Positions 28,720 through 36,433 are shown, counted from the first letter of the stretch. The stretch is 52,257 nucleotides of DNA from a virus (IMGVR_UViG_3300042879_003234:1-52257), one strand, 5' to 3'. The notes: generated by a model from the letters alone, not told the origin. A program made the numbers and translations.

Positions 28720-29306
28720 AATACACACTCCTTAAGTATTTTTTTGTACCGAAATACATCAATATTTAGGAACGGTGAGTACTTTTTGAGTTTCAATGAG
28801 ACAAACTTCCAGATAGGATCGTCTAATTTTTTATCAAACTCGCTGGTGTATCCTAGAATTCTATCTAGGATAAGCATAGTCTCTAAGGAAATCTTTCCCT
28901 GTAAATGCTCTTTTAAAATTTGAGGATGTCTATGTCCTTCAATTTTAAATACCTGATCAAAATTATTTTTACTTAAACTACCTTCAACCTCTTCTTTAAA
29001 AGTATAGGACAATGATTGAATTCTACGCATCCATTGTTTATATCTACCTTCACCATCTCTAATCATTTCCCCAATCCATAAAGATTGAGGATCATCGCAT
29101 GAAACAAAGTTAGCAACGAAAAAATTTTCTACTTCTTTATCGTCCTTTTGTCTAGAAATTTTTTCAAACCAAAACCTATCCTTCCGTTTATAGAAGGATT
29201 CTAAACTTGCTCTTGTCTTACCACAATACTTATGGTAGTCGTAGTTGTCTTTTGTGAAATGATTTTTTAATGCAAGATAAGTTTTATAACATTCAAAAGG
29301 CATCAT
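28716..29306 (-). CDS. gp59: helicase loader gp59
   Basis: YLALKNHFT...YDY.KY.GK...F.KRKDR..F. Confidence 0.9.
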   Translation of the reverse strand: MMPFECYKTYLALKNHFTKDNYDYHKYCGKTRASLESFYKRKDRFWFEKISRQKDDKEVENFFVANFVSCDDPQSLWIGEMIRDGEGRYKQWMRRIQSLSYTFKEEVEGSLSKNNFDQVFKIEGHRHPQILKEHLQGKISLETMLILDRILGYTSEFDKKLDDPIWKFVSLKLKKYSPFLNIDVFRYKKILKECVL

Positions 29307-29570
29307 TTAAAAAACTAATTTGGCGCGGGAAGTTCTCTTCAAGAAATTAAGTTCCATAGCATCATACTTTAATTTCTCCTTTAATGGTTTAGAAATTAAT
29401 TTAGGAACAGATTCAAGATCAATATTATTCATTTCACAAAAATGAACAATAGCGTCAATGTAATTCATATCAGAATTACGCTTGACTATCATTTCTATTT
29501 CTTGAGAAAACTTTGATGGGCATAAGAATTTACTTTCCAATGCCTTTTCTAACTCTAAATCAGTCTCCAT
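29307..29570 (-). CDS. gp33: late transcription co-activator gp33
   Basis: F..EIE.IV...YIDAIVHFCE.N.ID...KLISKPLKEKLK.DA.ELNFL. Confidence 0.9.
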   Translation of the reverse strand: METDLELEKALESKFLCPSKFSQEIEMIVKRNSDMNYIDAIVHFCEMNNIDLESVPKLISKPLKEKLKYDAMELNFLKRTSRAKLVF

Positions 29571-30252
29571 ATCCTTGCAGTCTATGTTGAACAAATTCTC
29601 TAATATACTCCGTGAGTAACCTAATGTATTTTGCTTTATCGTATTCTTCATAAACTACACATTCTCCATTTTCACAAGACATTAAAATAACAAGTTTTTT
29701 TACTGGGATTCCAGTGAGTTCATAAAACATACATGCATATGCTACTGCTTGAACAAAATAATGTTCAATCCACTCTTTTGGTTTTGGTTTTTTAGAGGTT
29801 TTAAAATCGATAACAGCAAGTTCAGGAACTCCACTGTCGCCAATATATTCTGCTATACAATCTACAGTTCCAGCAACTCCCAGTTTTTTACTGTATAAAG
29901 AACCTTCAAGTGCATAGATATTATTTATATTATTTAATTTTGGTTTAGAAATTTTAAATAAAAGATCAGAAAGAGGTTGAACTTCTGGTAGTTTCTCATT
30001 TTTAAGATGATGTTCAACTAGAAGATGCATATCAGTTCCACGACTGGTAGCCTGTCTGGTAATCTTATCTGCTTCTTCCTCTCCAATTTTTTTACGCCAG
30101 TTCGCAAAGAACTGGCGATTTTTATGACTGGTAACGGAGGTAATAGAAACTAAATTCAGAGGTTCCTTTTCATCAGGAACCTCATAAATTCTAATACCAT
30201 CTACAGTCTTTCGATTTAACTTTGGAAGTTGAATATCAACGTGATTAAACAT
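29560..30252 (-). CDS. PD-(D/E)XK exonuclease
   Basis: SITSV...RGT.MH...E..LYS...AGTVDC...IDFKTS...YFVQ..AY. Confidence 0.9.
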   Translation of the reverse strand: MFNHVDIQLPKLNRKTVDGIRIYEVPDEKEPLNLVSITSVTSHKNRQFFANWRKKIGEEEADKITRQATSRGTDMHLLVEHHLKNEKLPEVQPLSDLLFKISKPKLNNINNIYALEGSLYSKKLGVAGTVDCIAEYIGDSGVPELAVIDFKTSKKPKPKEWIEHYFVQAVAYACMFYELTGIPVKKLVILMSCENGECVVYEEYDKAKYIRLLTEYIREFVQHRLQGYGD

Positions 30253-31004
30253 TACAGATTGAGTTCCATTTTTGCAATAATATATTCTTTCACTAATCCA
30301 GAGCGGACAATATCTTCCACACCGAATTCAATAATATCAAAAGAGGGCATTGCCTGCAAGATAGACATGAAATCTACGATTCCATTTCTTTCATTTGTTT
30401 TTGTAAGATCAGACTGACTAGCATCACCACAGAAACAAATTCTTGAGTTCTCACCAACTCTTGTAATTATACTATCAAGTTCATGAAAATTCAAGTTTTG
30501 AAATTCATCAACGATGATAATTGAATTATCGAGAGTTGTTCCACGAAGAAATGAAGTGCTCCAAAACTTGATTGTTTCTTGTGCTTTAAGGTTACCATAA
30601 AGCATTTCAAAGGAAGCATCGTCAGGCATTTGGAACATATACTTCACCATATTCTTATATGGAATTTGATACAGTGAAGATTTATCCTCATGGTCTCCAG
30701 GGAGAAATCCAATTTCTCTCGTAGCTACTAGTGAACGAACAAGATAGATTCTTTCGTATGGAGAACGTTCATCCAAAACATCTTGAAGAGCGTTATAAAA
30801 AGTGATAAACGTTTTACCTGTTCCTGCTGCACCATAAGCGACTAAATGTTTTCCAGATGCATAAGAATCAAAAAGGCGTTTTTGATTATCTGTGAGAGGA
30901 TCAATATCTAAGAGTAGATCTTGACTGATCGGTTTTTTTCTCTTCATCTGCTTAGCAGTCATACCAACACCGATTGGTTGGTCGGTCTTTCTTCTTCTAG
31001 CCAT
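30252..31004 (-). CDS. phoH: PhoH family ATPase
   Basis: GAAGTGKT Walker A, IGFLPGD, FLRGTT, DEFQN, CGD..QSDL, IVRSGLV. Confidence 0.96.
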   Translation of the reverse strand: MARRRKTDQPIGVGMTAKQMKRKKPISQDLLLDIDPLTDNQKRLFDSYASGKHLVAYGAAGTGKTFITFYNALQDVLDERSPYERIYLVRSLVATREIGFLPGDHEDKSSLYQIPYKNMVKYMFQMPDDASFEMLYGNLKAQETIKFWSTSFLRGTTLDNSIIIVDEFQNLNFHELDSIITRVGENSRICFCGDASQSDLTKTNERNGIVDFMSILQAMPSFDIIEFGVEDIVRSGLVKEYIIAKMELNL

Positions 31005-31009
31005 ATAAA

Positions 31010-31258
31010 TTAAACTGGTTTAACTTTTGATCCTGGTGCTTTTGATGCCTTGTAAAGAACATCATTCCAACCAGGGTGAGACTTTTTCAACTTATCGTAT
31101 ACTTCCCCAATTTCTCCAGAGGCGGGGCAAGTAGATGGGTCAGACCAATCTCTATCCCAATCAGGATTATCTTTTTTCCACTGGTCCCAATCGTGAACAC
31201 TCATCTTCACTTCTTTTTGTTCACCAGAAACTTTATTAACAACAGGGTATGTCGGCAA
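31010..31258 (-). CDS. conserved cyanophage hypothetical protein (MPTYPV...)
   Basis: 82-aa ORF with GGAGG RBS; TAAATA at 31285-31290. Confidence 0.8.
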   Translation of the reverse strand: MPTYPVVNKVSGEQKEVKMSVHDWDQWKKDNPDWDRDWSDPSTCPASGEIGEVYDKLKKSHPGWNDVLYKASKAPGSKVKPV

Positions 31259-31287
31259 TGTTAATCCTCCATTTTGTATATGGGTAT

Positions 31288-32007
31288 TTATTCAATGGTA
31301 ATAGATGGTGCATCTACACATTCTGGACAATCTTCACCACGTTTCCAATCAAGTGCTTCTGCAACACTTGGGAATTCGCAGCAGAAAATGCACTTTGCTG
31401 CTTCCGCAATATCCATATGTTCTTTCTGAGTTCCATGCCCCGAGCGAAGACCGATGTAATGCGCCCAGGAGCGGCAGGAACCCGTCATGTAGATGCGAGT
31501 GGGGGTTGCTAGGGGTAGAACGAAACGAGCGCACTCCTTCGCCACTCCCTTCTCTAGGAGAGAGTTGTAAAGATTCTGACCATGCTCAAAATACTTTGCG
31601 ATTTCACCTTGCATTCCCAGTTTTACATAATCACCAAAATCATCAATCGAGTTTTGGCGATTCTTAGTATCTTGTCTACGAAGATCTGGAATCTCTGGTT
31701 TATCAGATAGTAGATTTGTATCAGCATAACGCTGCGAAAATTCCTGAAATGTAAACGAACGGTGACGCAAAATCTGAGCTGCGATACCACGAGTTGTATT
31801 GATCTCCAGAGTCATGTATGCCTGTTCAAAAATAGACCAGTGATCATGCTTGATGCAATATCGCAGAAGACCTGCAGCAGTATCAAAGTTAAGTTGGTTA
31901 TTTGGATTACTCACCCGAGCAATATAAGAAATAACTTCCTGTGCATTTTTATTAATAAGTTCTCCCGCACCACGAGTAATTGCGATTAACTTTACAGTTG
32001 GTTTCAT
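31288..32007 (-). CDS. thyX: FAD-dependent thymidylate synthase ThyX
   Basis: H.SIFE, QILRHRSFTFQEFSQRY, ECARFVLP, TQKEH. Confidence 0.96.
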   Translation of the reverse strand: MKPTVKLIAITRGAGELINKNAQEVISYIARVSNPNNQLNFDTAAGLLRYCIKHDHWSIFEQAYMTLEINTTRGIAAQILRHRSFTFQEFSQRYADTNLLSDKPEIPDLRRQDTKNRQNSIDDFGDYVKLGMQGEIAKYFEHGQNLYNSLLEKGVAKECARFVLPLATPTRIYMTGSCRSWAHYIGLRSGHGTQKEHMDIAEAAKCIFCCEFPSVAEALDWKRGEDCPECVDAPSITIE

Positions 32008-32195
32008 TTAAATTCCTCTTCTTCGTTTAGATCGCTGTCTTCAAATACTTCATCATAATCGTGAAAATATGAAGCTACTTGTTCATATTCAAGATTGTTT
32101 TTATAAGAATCTACGTCTGAATAGATTTCAGATTTAAGAGAATCAACAAGTAATTCAAGATTACCAATAATCAATTTTAGTTTTTCTCTATCCAT
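32004..32195 (-). CDS. small acidic hypothetical protein
   Basis: MDREKLKLII.NLELLVDSLKSEIYSD; ATGA overlap with thyX. Confidence 0.75.
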   Translation of the reverse strand: MDREKLKLIIGNLELLVDSLKSEIYSDVDSYKNNLEYEQVASYFHDYDEVFEDSDLNEEEEFK

Positions 32196-32216
32196 AAAAT
32201 TTTGTTGACTCGTATC

Positions 32217-32253
32217 AGTTTAACATAAAAAAGGGAGGGGATCAACCCTCCCT
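32217..32253 (-). terminator. intrinsic terminator with an overlapping sigma70 promoter
   Basis: AGGGAGGG-TTGATC-CCCTCCCT-TTTTT; TTGATC-17 nt-TAAACT. Confidence 0.7.
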
Positions 32254-32258
32254 ACAAA

Positions 32259-32435
32259 TCACAAACGACTCAACATACTTCTACAGACCCTTTTACACGT
32301 TTGTTCATTTTCATCACACTCAACTAAACAATCAAAATAATCGTTCATTACCTCATGCTTATCAATAAATTCGTTTACAGTTTTTTCTAAATTGTTCCAA
32401 GCAGCCAATTGATTAAAAGAAATTAAGTTGTGCAT
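32259..32435 (-). CDS. small Cys-containing hypothetical protein (MHNLISFNQL...)
   Basis: GGAGG RBS; DYFDCLVEC...CKRVC. Confidence 0.75.
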   Translation of the reverse strand: MHNLISFNQLAAWNNLEKTVNEFIDKHEVMNDYFDCLVECDENEQTCKRVCRSMLSRL

Positions 32436-32566
32436 AATAACCTCCATGCACAAAGAACATCATAATAAAGGAGTTTTCGCTCATTTGTATCACCTCATAT
32501 ATTCTATCACTATCTAGGTAATTATGTTCAGATAATTACATTCTCGCAACAAAAATTTATACCTAT

Positions 32567-32592
32567 AAAAAAAGAGGGTCAACCCCTCTTTT
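32567..32592. terminator. bidirectional intrinsic terminator closing the riboswitch operon
   Basis: AAAAGAGGG-GTTGA-CCCTCTTTTTTT on the minus strand. Confidence 0.75.
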
Positions 32593-32602
32593 AATATTAA
32601 TT

Positions 32603-32686
32603 CTACCTGAATAGAATTTGAATATAAAGAGATATTACCACAATTGCAACTGCAGATCCTGCAGCAATTTGCAGTATTGCAAACAT
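32603..32686 (-). CDS. 27-aa single-TM microprotein
   Basis: MFAILQIAAGSAVAIVVISLYIQILFR; TGATG coupling and GGAG RBS. Confidence 0.6.
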   Translation of the reverse strand: MFAILQIAAGSAVAIVVISLYIQILFR

Positions 32687-32799
32687 CACTTCTTCTCCCC
32701 TACAGAACAATGACCTGCACTGCAGAGTGATGCTTGACGACGACGTTCTTCTCTTTGCTTTTGCTCTTTAATGAGTTGTAGGAAGTTTAACTTTTGCAT
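32686..32799 (-). CDS. 37-aa basic microprotein
   Basis: MQKLNFLQLIKEQKQREERRRQASLCSAGHCSVGEKK; TGATG coupling and AGGAGG RBS. Confidence 0.65.
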   Translation of the reverse strand: MQKLNFLQLIKEQKQREERRRQASLCSAGHCSVGEKK

Positions 32800-32927
32800 C
32801 ACTTCCCCTCCTTTACAAACTTAACACCACGATAAGTTTCGTTGTGCTGTTGGGGTTGTTGTTGTGCCTGTTCTTGGCGACGAACTTCGGTGTCGTATGG
32901 GACACCACGATAAACGACTTGAGACAT
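32799..32927 (-). CDS. DUF4278-family small protein
   Basis: MSQVVYRGVPYDT...ETYRGVKF carries two YRG motifs; AAGGAG RBS. Confidence 0.85.
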   Translation of the reverse strand: MSQVVYRGVPYDTEVRRQEQAQQQPQQHNETYRGVKFVKEGK

Positions 32928-32960
32928 TAGGTTTGCTCCTTTACTTGTTAAGGTGAGGTG

Positions 32961-33175
32961 GCGTTCCTTCAGTCGGCTTTTGCGTCTATTTTACACTCTT
33001 TGGGGGAGATTTGTTTTATTTCCCATATCAAGTCGTTTTTGGATTGATACGGAATATTAGTTTTATGGACTCTTCCAACCATCAACTGTGCTTGTAGGCA
33101 AGTTAAAATGAGTGCTTCCATAGATGAACGATCCGTTCCGAGTCGGCTTACTTCCGTCCCATATTGGGATGAACG
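32961..33175 (-). promoter_or_regulatory. tandem glnA-type (glutamine-I) riboswitch aptamers
   Basis: CGTTCATCCC-AATAT-GGGACGGAAGTAAGCCGACTCGGAACG, then CGTTCATCTAT...ATAGACGCAAAAGCCGACTGAAGGAACGC; matches the glnA motif CGUUCA..P2..CGGAAGUA..P3..GAAGGAACG. Confidence 0.8.
32969..33121 (-). CDS. 50-aa ORF nested in the second aptamer
   Basis: MEALILTCLQAQLMVGRVHKTNIPYQSKNDLIWEIKQISPKECKIDAKAD*; start and stop both lie in aptamer nucleotides. Confidence 0.6.
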   Translation of the reverse strand: MEALILTCLQAQLMVGRVHKTNIPYQSKNDLIWEIKQISPKECKIDAKAD

Positions 33176-33184
33176 TTAGAGGAT

Positions 33185-33214
33185 ATTATACCTCCATTCA
33201 ATCTATATAGTCAA
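33185..33214 (-). promoter_or_regulatory. sigma70-type promoter of the riboswitch operon
   Basis: TTGACT-18 nt-TATAAT; predicted TSS about 33178, just 5' of aptamer 1. Confidence 0.7.
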
Positions 33215-33239
33215 GCAAAAATGTATAATCGATTACTTA

Positions 33240-33443
33240 TCAATAGGGAAGAGACTTTAACCCATCCAGAACTTCCTGAAAGCGTTCGGAACGACTTCTA
33301 TGATGTGCTGCATTTTCCTCAAGCACACTCACAATATCGTCGAGAACAACATCAACAGACGCATCAGTATCAAAGTATTGTTGGATTGCTTCGGCAAGAT
33401 AACGCCGCCGACTCCATTCCATACTATAGGGTTTGTAAGTCAT
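33240..33443 (-). CDS. hypothetical protein (MTYKPYSMEW...)
   Basis: ORF track, internal ATG chosen. Confidence 0.65.
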   Translation of the reverse strand: MTYKPYSMEWSRRRYLAEAIQQYFDTDASVDVVLDDIVSVLEENAAHHRSRSERFQEVLDGLKSLPY

Positions 33444-33489
33444 AATGATAAGGTATGTTCTGGTATTATAAAGTGTTTGAGATAATACG

Positions 33490-33690
33490 TCAAGTATTAA
33501 TGTCCCAACATTTCTCAAATTTATGTCTTAACTCATTGAGTTTCATTTCTTCCCAATAAGTTAGAAGATGTTGATTAATTTCTTTCTCCTCTTCGGTAAA
33601 ACTTAGACGATACTTATTTTTAATTGTAACGACCTGCAGCATATCATCCATAAAAGTTGTTGGCCTATCCAAGAACTCCTCGTAGGTCAT
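33490..33690 (-). CDS. hypothetical protein
   Basis: TGATG coupling to the upstream ORF. Confidence 0.65.
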   Translation of the reverse strand: MTYEEFLDRPTTFMDDMLQVVTIKNKYRLSFTEEEKEINQHLLTYWEEMKLNELRHKFEKCWDINT

Positions 33691-34016
33691 CAGTCCCTTT
33701 GCCTCCAATCTTCTGGTTTATCTCTTCCCTCAGAAAAGAAATCTATAATATCATCAACACTATCAAACCCACTTCTACCAAATCTTTCATGCCCCAACCC
33801 ACCAATATCAAGTTGATTTAAAAAATCATCTAAATCTCCTTCTTGCATATCTGGATTTTCTGCTCTACGTCTTGCTTGACGTAACATCGTTCCAGCAGTT
33901 CGATTTGCTTTAGCTAATTTCTCCGCCCAAATCATATCTTCCAAACTTACTTCTTCATGTTGTGCAATTTTTGCACAGATTGCTTCAAGACGAAGACGAT
34001 ATTGTGTAGAGAGCAT
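33690..34016 (-). CDS. conserved cyanophage hypothetical protein (MLSTQYRLRLE...WRQRD)
   Basis: GGAG RBS; TAAATA at 34037-34042. Confidence 0.8.
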   Translation of the reverse strand: MLSTQYRLRLEAICAKIAQHEEVSLEDMIWAEKLAKANRTAGTMLRQARRRAENPDMQEGDLDDFLNQLDIGGLGHERFGRSGFDSVDDIIDFFSEGRDKPEDWRQRD

Positions 34017-34046
34017 GTGCAATCTCCATATAGGGTTATTTAGCAT

Positions 34047-34373
34047 TCACCTTTCAATATAACTGAGAGTATGCTGAGTTGCATACAATTGTTGAATAAT
34101 TATATCACAACCAATCTTTGGATTGCAATCTCCACAAGTATAAACATCTACTGCTGCTTTACCTTCCTCAGGCCATGTGTGAATGCTGATATGACTTTCT
34201 GAAAGTAAACATATTACAGTAACTCCCTGCGGGTCAAATTTTTTTGATATTGTTTGTACTACGGTTGCACCGCTTGCTGCTGCTGCATTTTCTAGCAAAT
34301 CTATAAGACAACGCTCGTCGTCCAGAAGAACAAACGAGCAACCGTACAAATTAAGTAAATAATGCTTCCCCAT
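34047..34373 (-). CDS. speD: S-adenosylmethionine decarboxylase proenzyme (class 1b)
   Basis: G.H....LYGC...F.PQGVT...LSESHISIHTWPE.G.AAVDVYTCG with the ES pyruvoyl cleavage site. Confidence 0.93.
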   Translation of the reverse strand: MGKHYLLNLYGCSFVLLDDERCLIDLLENAAAASGATVVQTISKKFDPQGVTVICLLSESHISIHTWPEEGKAAVDVYTCGDCNPKIGCDIIIQQLYATQHTLSYIER

Positions 34374-34381
34374 TTTAATCT

Positions 34382-34570
34382 TTAAGAATCGTCCTTTAGT
34401 TCATCAAGAAGTTTTGATACTATCTTCTCATCGCCATCCATGACTTTAATCTTAAAGATGGGAGACTTCATATATTTTTTTATTTTTTTATAATCTTTTA
34501 GTAGTTTCTTAACTTCATCTTTGTATATAGTGACTTTGATATTATCACTATTTTCAAATCCTTTACTCAT
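34382..34570 (-). CDS. hypothetical protein
   Basis: 62-aa ORF, ATGA coupling. Confidence 0.7.
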   Translation of the reverse strand: MSKGFENSDNIKVTIYKDEVKKLLKDYKKIKKYMKSPIFKIKVMDGDEKIVSKLLDELKDDS

Positions 34571-34827
34571 TTTCTTTTCTTTTTTTCAGTTGGTTTGTTT
34601 CCCCACACTTTTGGATTTATTCTTCCCTCTGATTGTTTAAACCATTGTAGACCTTCACGATACCTATCCCAATAATAGTCGAATATATCGACTTTTTTAT
34701 TGGTCATTACGAGATCGTAAAAAACTTCATCATCTTCCATATACTTTACTAGGTAAGTATTATATGGAAGAGTTCTATCATCCGCAACTGCTGGATCACA
34801 TTTTTGATGAAGAATGGTAACGCTCAA
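34567..34827 (-). CDS. conserved cyanophage hypothetical protein
   Basis: TTG start overlapping the upstream stop; LPY..YLV.Y...DIFDYYWD. Confidence 0.75.
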   Translation of the reverse strand: MSVTILHQKCDPAVADDRTLPYNTYLVKYMEDDEVFYDLVMTNKKVDIFDYYWDRYREGLQWFKQSEGRINPKVWGNKPTEKKKRK

Positions 34828-35405
34828 GACCTACCTCCCCATTGGATATCAGGATATGCCTGCTTAACATTTTCAAACCCGATCTTATATTTCTCTTCAA
34901 GTCTCTTGTCTTTAACAAGGCAGAGCAGTTCAGCTTCCCTGGGATGCAAACTTTCAAGGAGATTAATGAACATCATTTCTCTACGAATCTTAGATAGAGA
35001 GTCATTACCTCCTTTTACATAATGATAAAGGTTAGCATAATCACGACGAAGAGTACTTCTACCTCTACCATCAAGATCTTGACCAGTTGCAGATTCTCCT
35101 CCCTTCGCTTCCTTTGAAAGGTTATCTGAAAGAGATCCAGAATAAACATTCTGCTCTTTCACATTTCCATACGGAACATCCCCTTCTGGTAAAAGTGAAA
35201 CTACAGATTCATCATAATTCCAAACAAAAATAACTTTCAAAGAATCGTGTGCATATTCTTTGAGAAGATCTACTTTTTTTGCATTGGTTCTTTGCTTAGA
35301 TACTAGATCTAAAACTTCAAATAAAAATGGATTTGGTGGAAGTTTTTCAACTACAGTTGGTGTTGTTGTAGTGGTTTTACTCTTCCTCGTCTTCGTTGTC
35401 GTCAT
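34824..35405 (-). CDS. conserved T4-like hypothetical protein
   Basis: LPEG.VPY...RRE.MFI.LLE.LHP.EAELL..VKDK. Confidence 0.8.
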   Translation of the reverse strand: MTTTKTRKSKTTTTTPTVVEKLPPNPFLFEVLDLVSKQRTNAKKVDLLKEYAHDSLKVIFVWNYDESVVSLLPEGDVPYGNVKEQNVYSGSLSDNLSKEAKGGESATGQDLDGRGRSTLRRDYANLYHYVKGGNDSLSKIRREMMFINLLESLHPREAELLCLVKDKRLEEKYKIGFENVKQAYPDIQWGGRS

Positions 35406-35595
35406 AATCGTTTTCAAACCTCACGGCTAAAATTTCATCGGGTATTACATTCCCATTTGAGTCGAACATCTCAGGGTGTGTATAAATTGGGGATGTCTGA
35501 TAGAAATGCTCTTTGGCTAACCATCCTACCACACCTCCTACAAAAAAGAACATAATCGAAACTAAAGTTCCTATGGTTAGAGTTACTGCTAACAT
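35377..35595 (-). CDS. small membrane protein
   Basis: N-terminal TM helix, HPEMFD.NGN.IPDEI.AVRFEN. Confidence 0.75.
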   Translation of the reverse strand: MLAVTLTIGTLVSIMFFFVGGVVGWLAKEHFYQTSPIYTHPEMFDSNGNVIPDEILAVRFENDYDDNEDEEE

Positions 35596-35596
35596 T

Positions 35597-35836
35597 TTAT
35601 TTCTCCTGAGAGTTTTGTTTTCGGATGTCTAAACTAATTTCAAAATAAAAATGAAACTCTCTTTTGAAGAGAGACATCATTTTCCCAAAACATACTTTGA
35701 ACATTTTGGATTTTAATGATTCTCTCCTCCTATTGCGTAACAGTAATTCAATTCCTCGATTTATTCGGGGATCTTTATTATTTAGATTGCTTCTTTCGTC
35801 GTCCTGGTCTCCTATCATGATTATACTTCCAAGCAT
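35597..35836 (-). CDS. small basic hypothetical protein (start uncertain)
   Basis: ORF track; overlaps the upstream gene. Confidence 0.5.
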   Translation of the reverse strand: MLGSIIMIGDQDDERSNLNNKDPRINRGIELLLRNRRRESLKSKMFKVCFGKMMSLFKREFHFYFEISLDIRKQNSQEK

Positions 35837-36137
35837 CTTCTATAATGCTATACAAATAGTTTCTAATTTTTCGTGCTTCTGGTTTTGAAATGTGCCCATA
35901 TGCCTCACGAAGTTGCTTATGCTGGTTATCAGATCCTCCTTCTAGATATTCATCTAGATCATTTACAATGCTATTAATGTTTGATGCGGTTTTACTTTCA
36001 ATAAACTCTTTGACTTGATCCTTTTTAGCTTCTTTTACTTTTAGATAGTCATAAAAATTAATCATGAATTTTCCTTCAAAGGCATAATCAATTGCCATTT
36101 CAACATCAAAATAAACTTCGCCAAATGTTCTGTCCAT
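35778..36137 (-). CDS. conserved cyanophage hypothetical protein
   Basis: YLEGG...QLREAYGHI.KP.ARKI. Confidence 0.8.
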   Translation of the reverse strand: MDRTFGEVYFDVEMAIDYAFEGKFMINFYDYLKVKEAKKDQVKEFIESKTASNINSIVNDLDEYLEGGSDNQHKQLREAYGHISKPEARKIRNYLYSIIEDAWKYNHDRRPGRRKKQSK

Positions 36138-36373
36138 CAGACCAAATTTTGTTCTTTTAGATATTGTACAGTATCAGTACATCCACCAATATGCTTATCA
36201 TCAACTATTACTTGAGGAAACGTGGAACCTTCACCAAATTCTGCATAGAATTCTTCACGATTAAAGTCAACATTTAATTTGTAGACTACGTGCTGAAGTT
36301 CTGCTAATTTTAGCACCTGTTCGATTTTACTGCAATATGGGCAGCCATCTTTAGAATAAACTGTAAATTTCAT
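36137..36373 (-). CDS. nrdC: glutaredoxin
   Basis: CPYC active site, TFPQV, IGGC. Confidence 0.93.
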   Translation of the reverse strand: MKFTVYSKDGCPYCSKIEQVLKLAELQHVVYKLNVDFNREEFYAEFGEGSTFPQVIVDDKHIGGCTDTVQYLKEQNLV

Positions 36374-36394
36374 GTGACTCTGACTGTTAAGACT

Positions 36395-36433
36395 ATTGTA
36401 TACAAAAAAAGAGGGAGAGTCAAGGACCCTCCC
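36395..36433 (-). terminator. terminator of the fibre operon with an embedded sigma70 promoter for nrdC
   Basis: GGGAGGGTC-CTT-GACTCTCCC-TCTTTTTTT; TTGACT-17 nt-TACAAT. Confidence 0.78.

Noticed and set aside
27495-31989. Long antisense ORFs over gp32 and thyX
   Set aside because: Typical shadows of codon-biased genes, with no recognisable protein motifs
27345-32007. Introns or inteins in thyX, phoH or gp32
   Set aside because: All are uninterrupted and of normal length
35704-35836. Possible +1 frameshift from 35778..36137 into 35597..35836
   Set aside because: In-frame ATGs exist both upstream and downstream, and no convincing shift site is present
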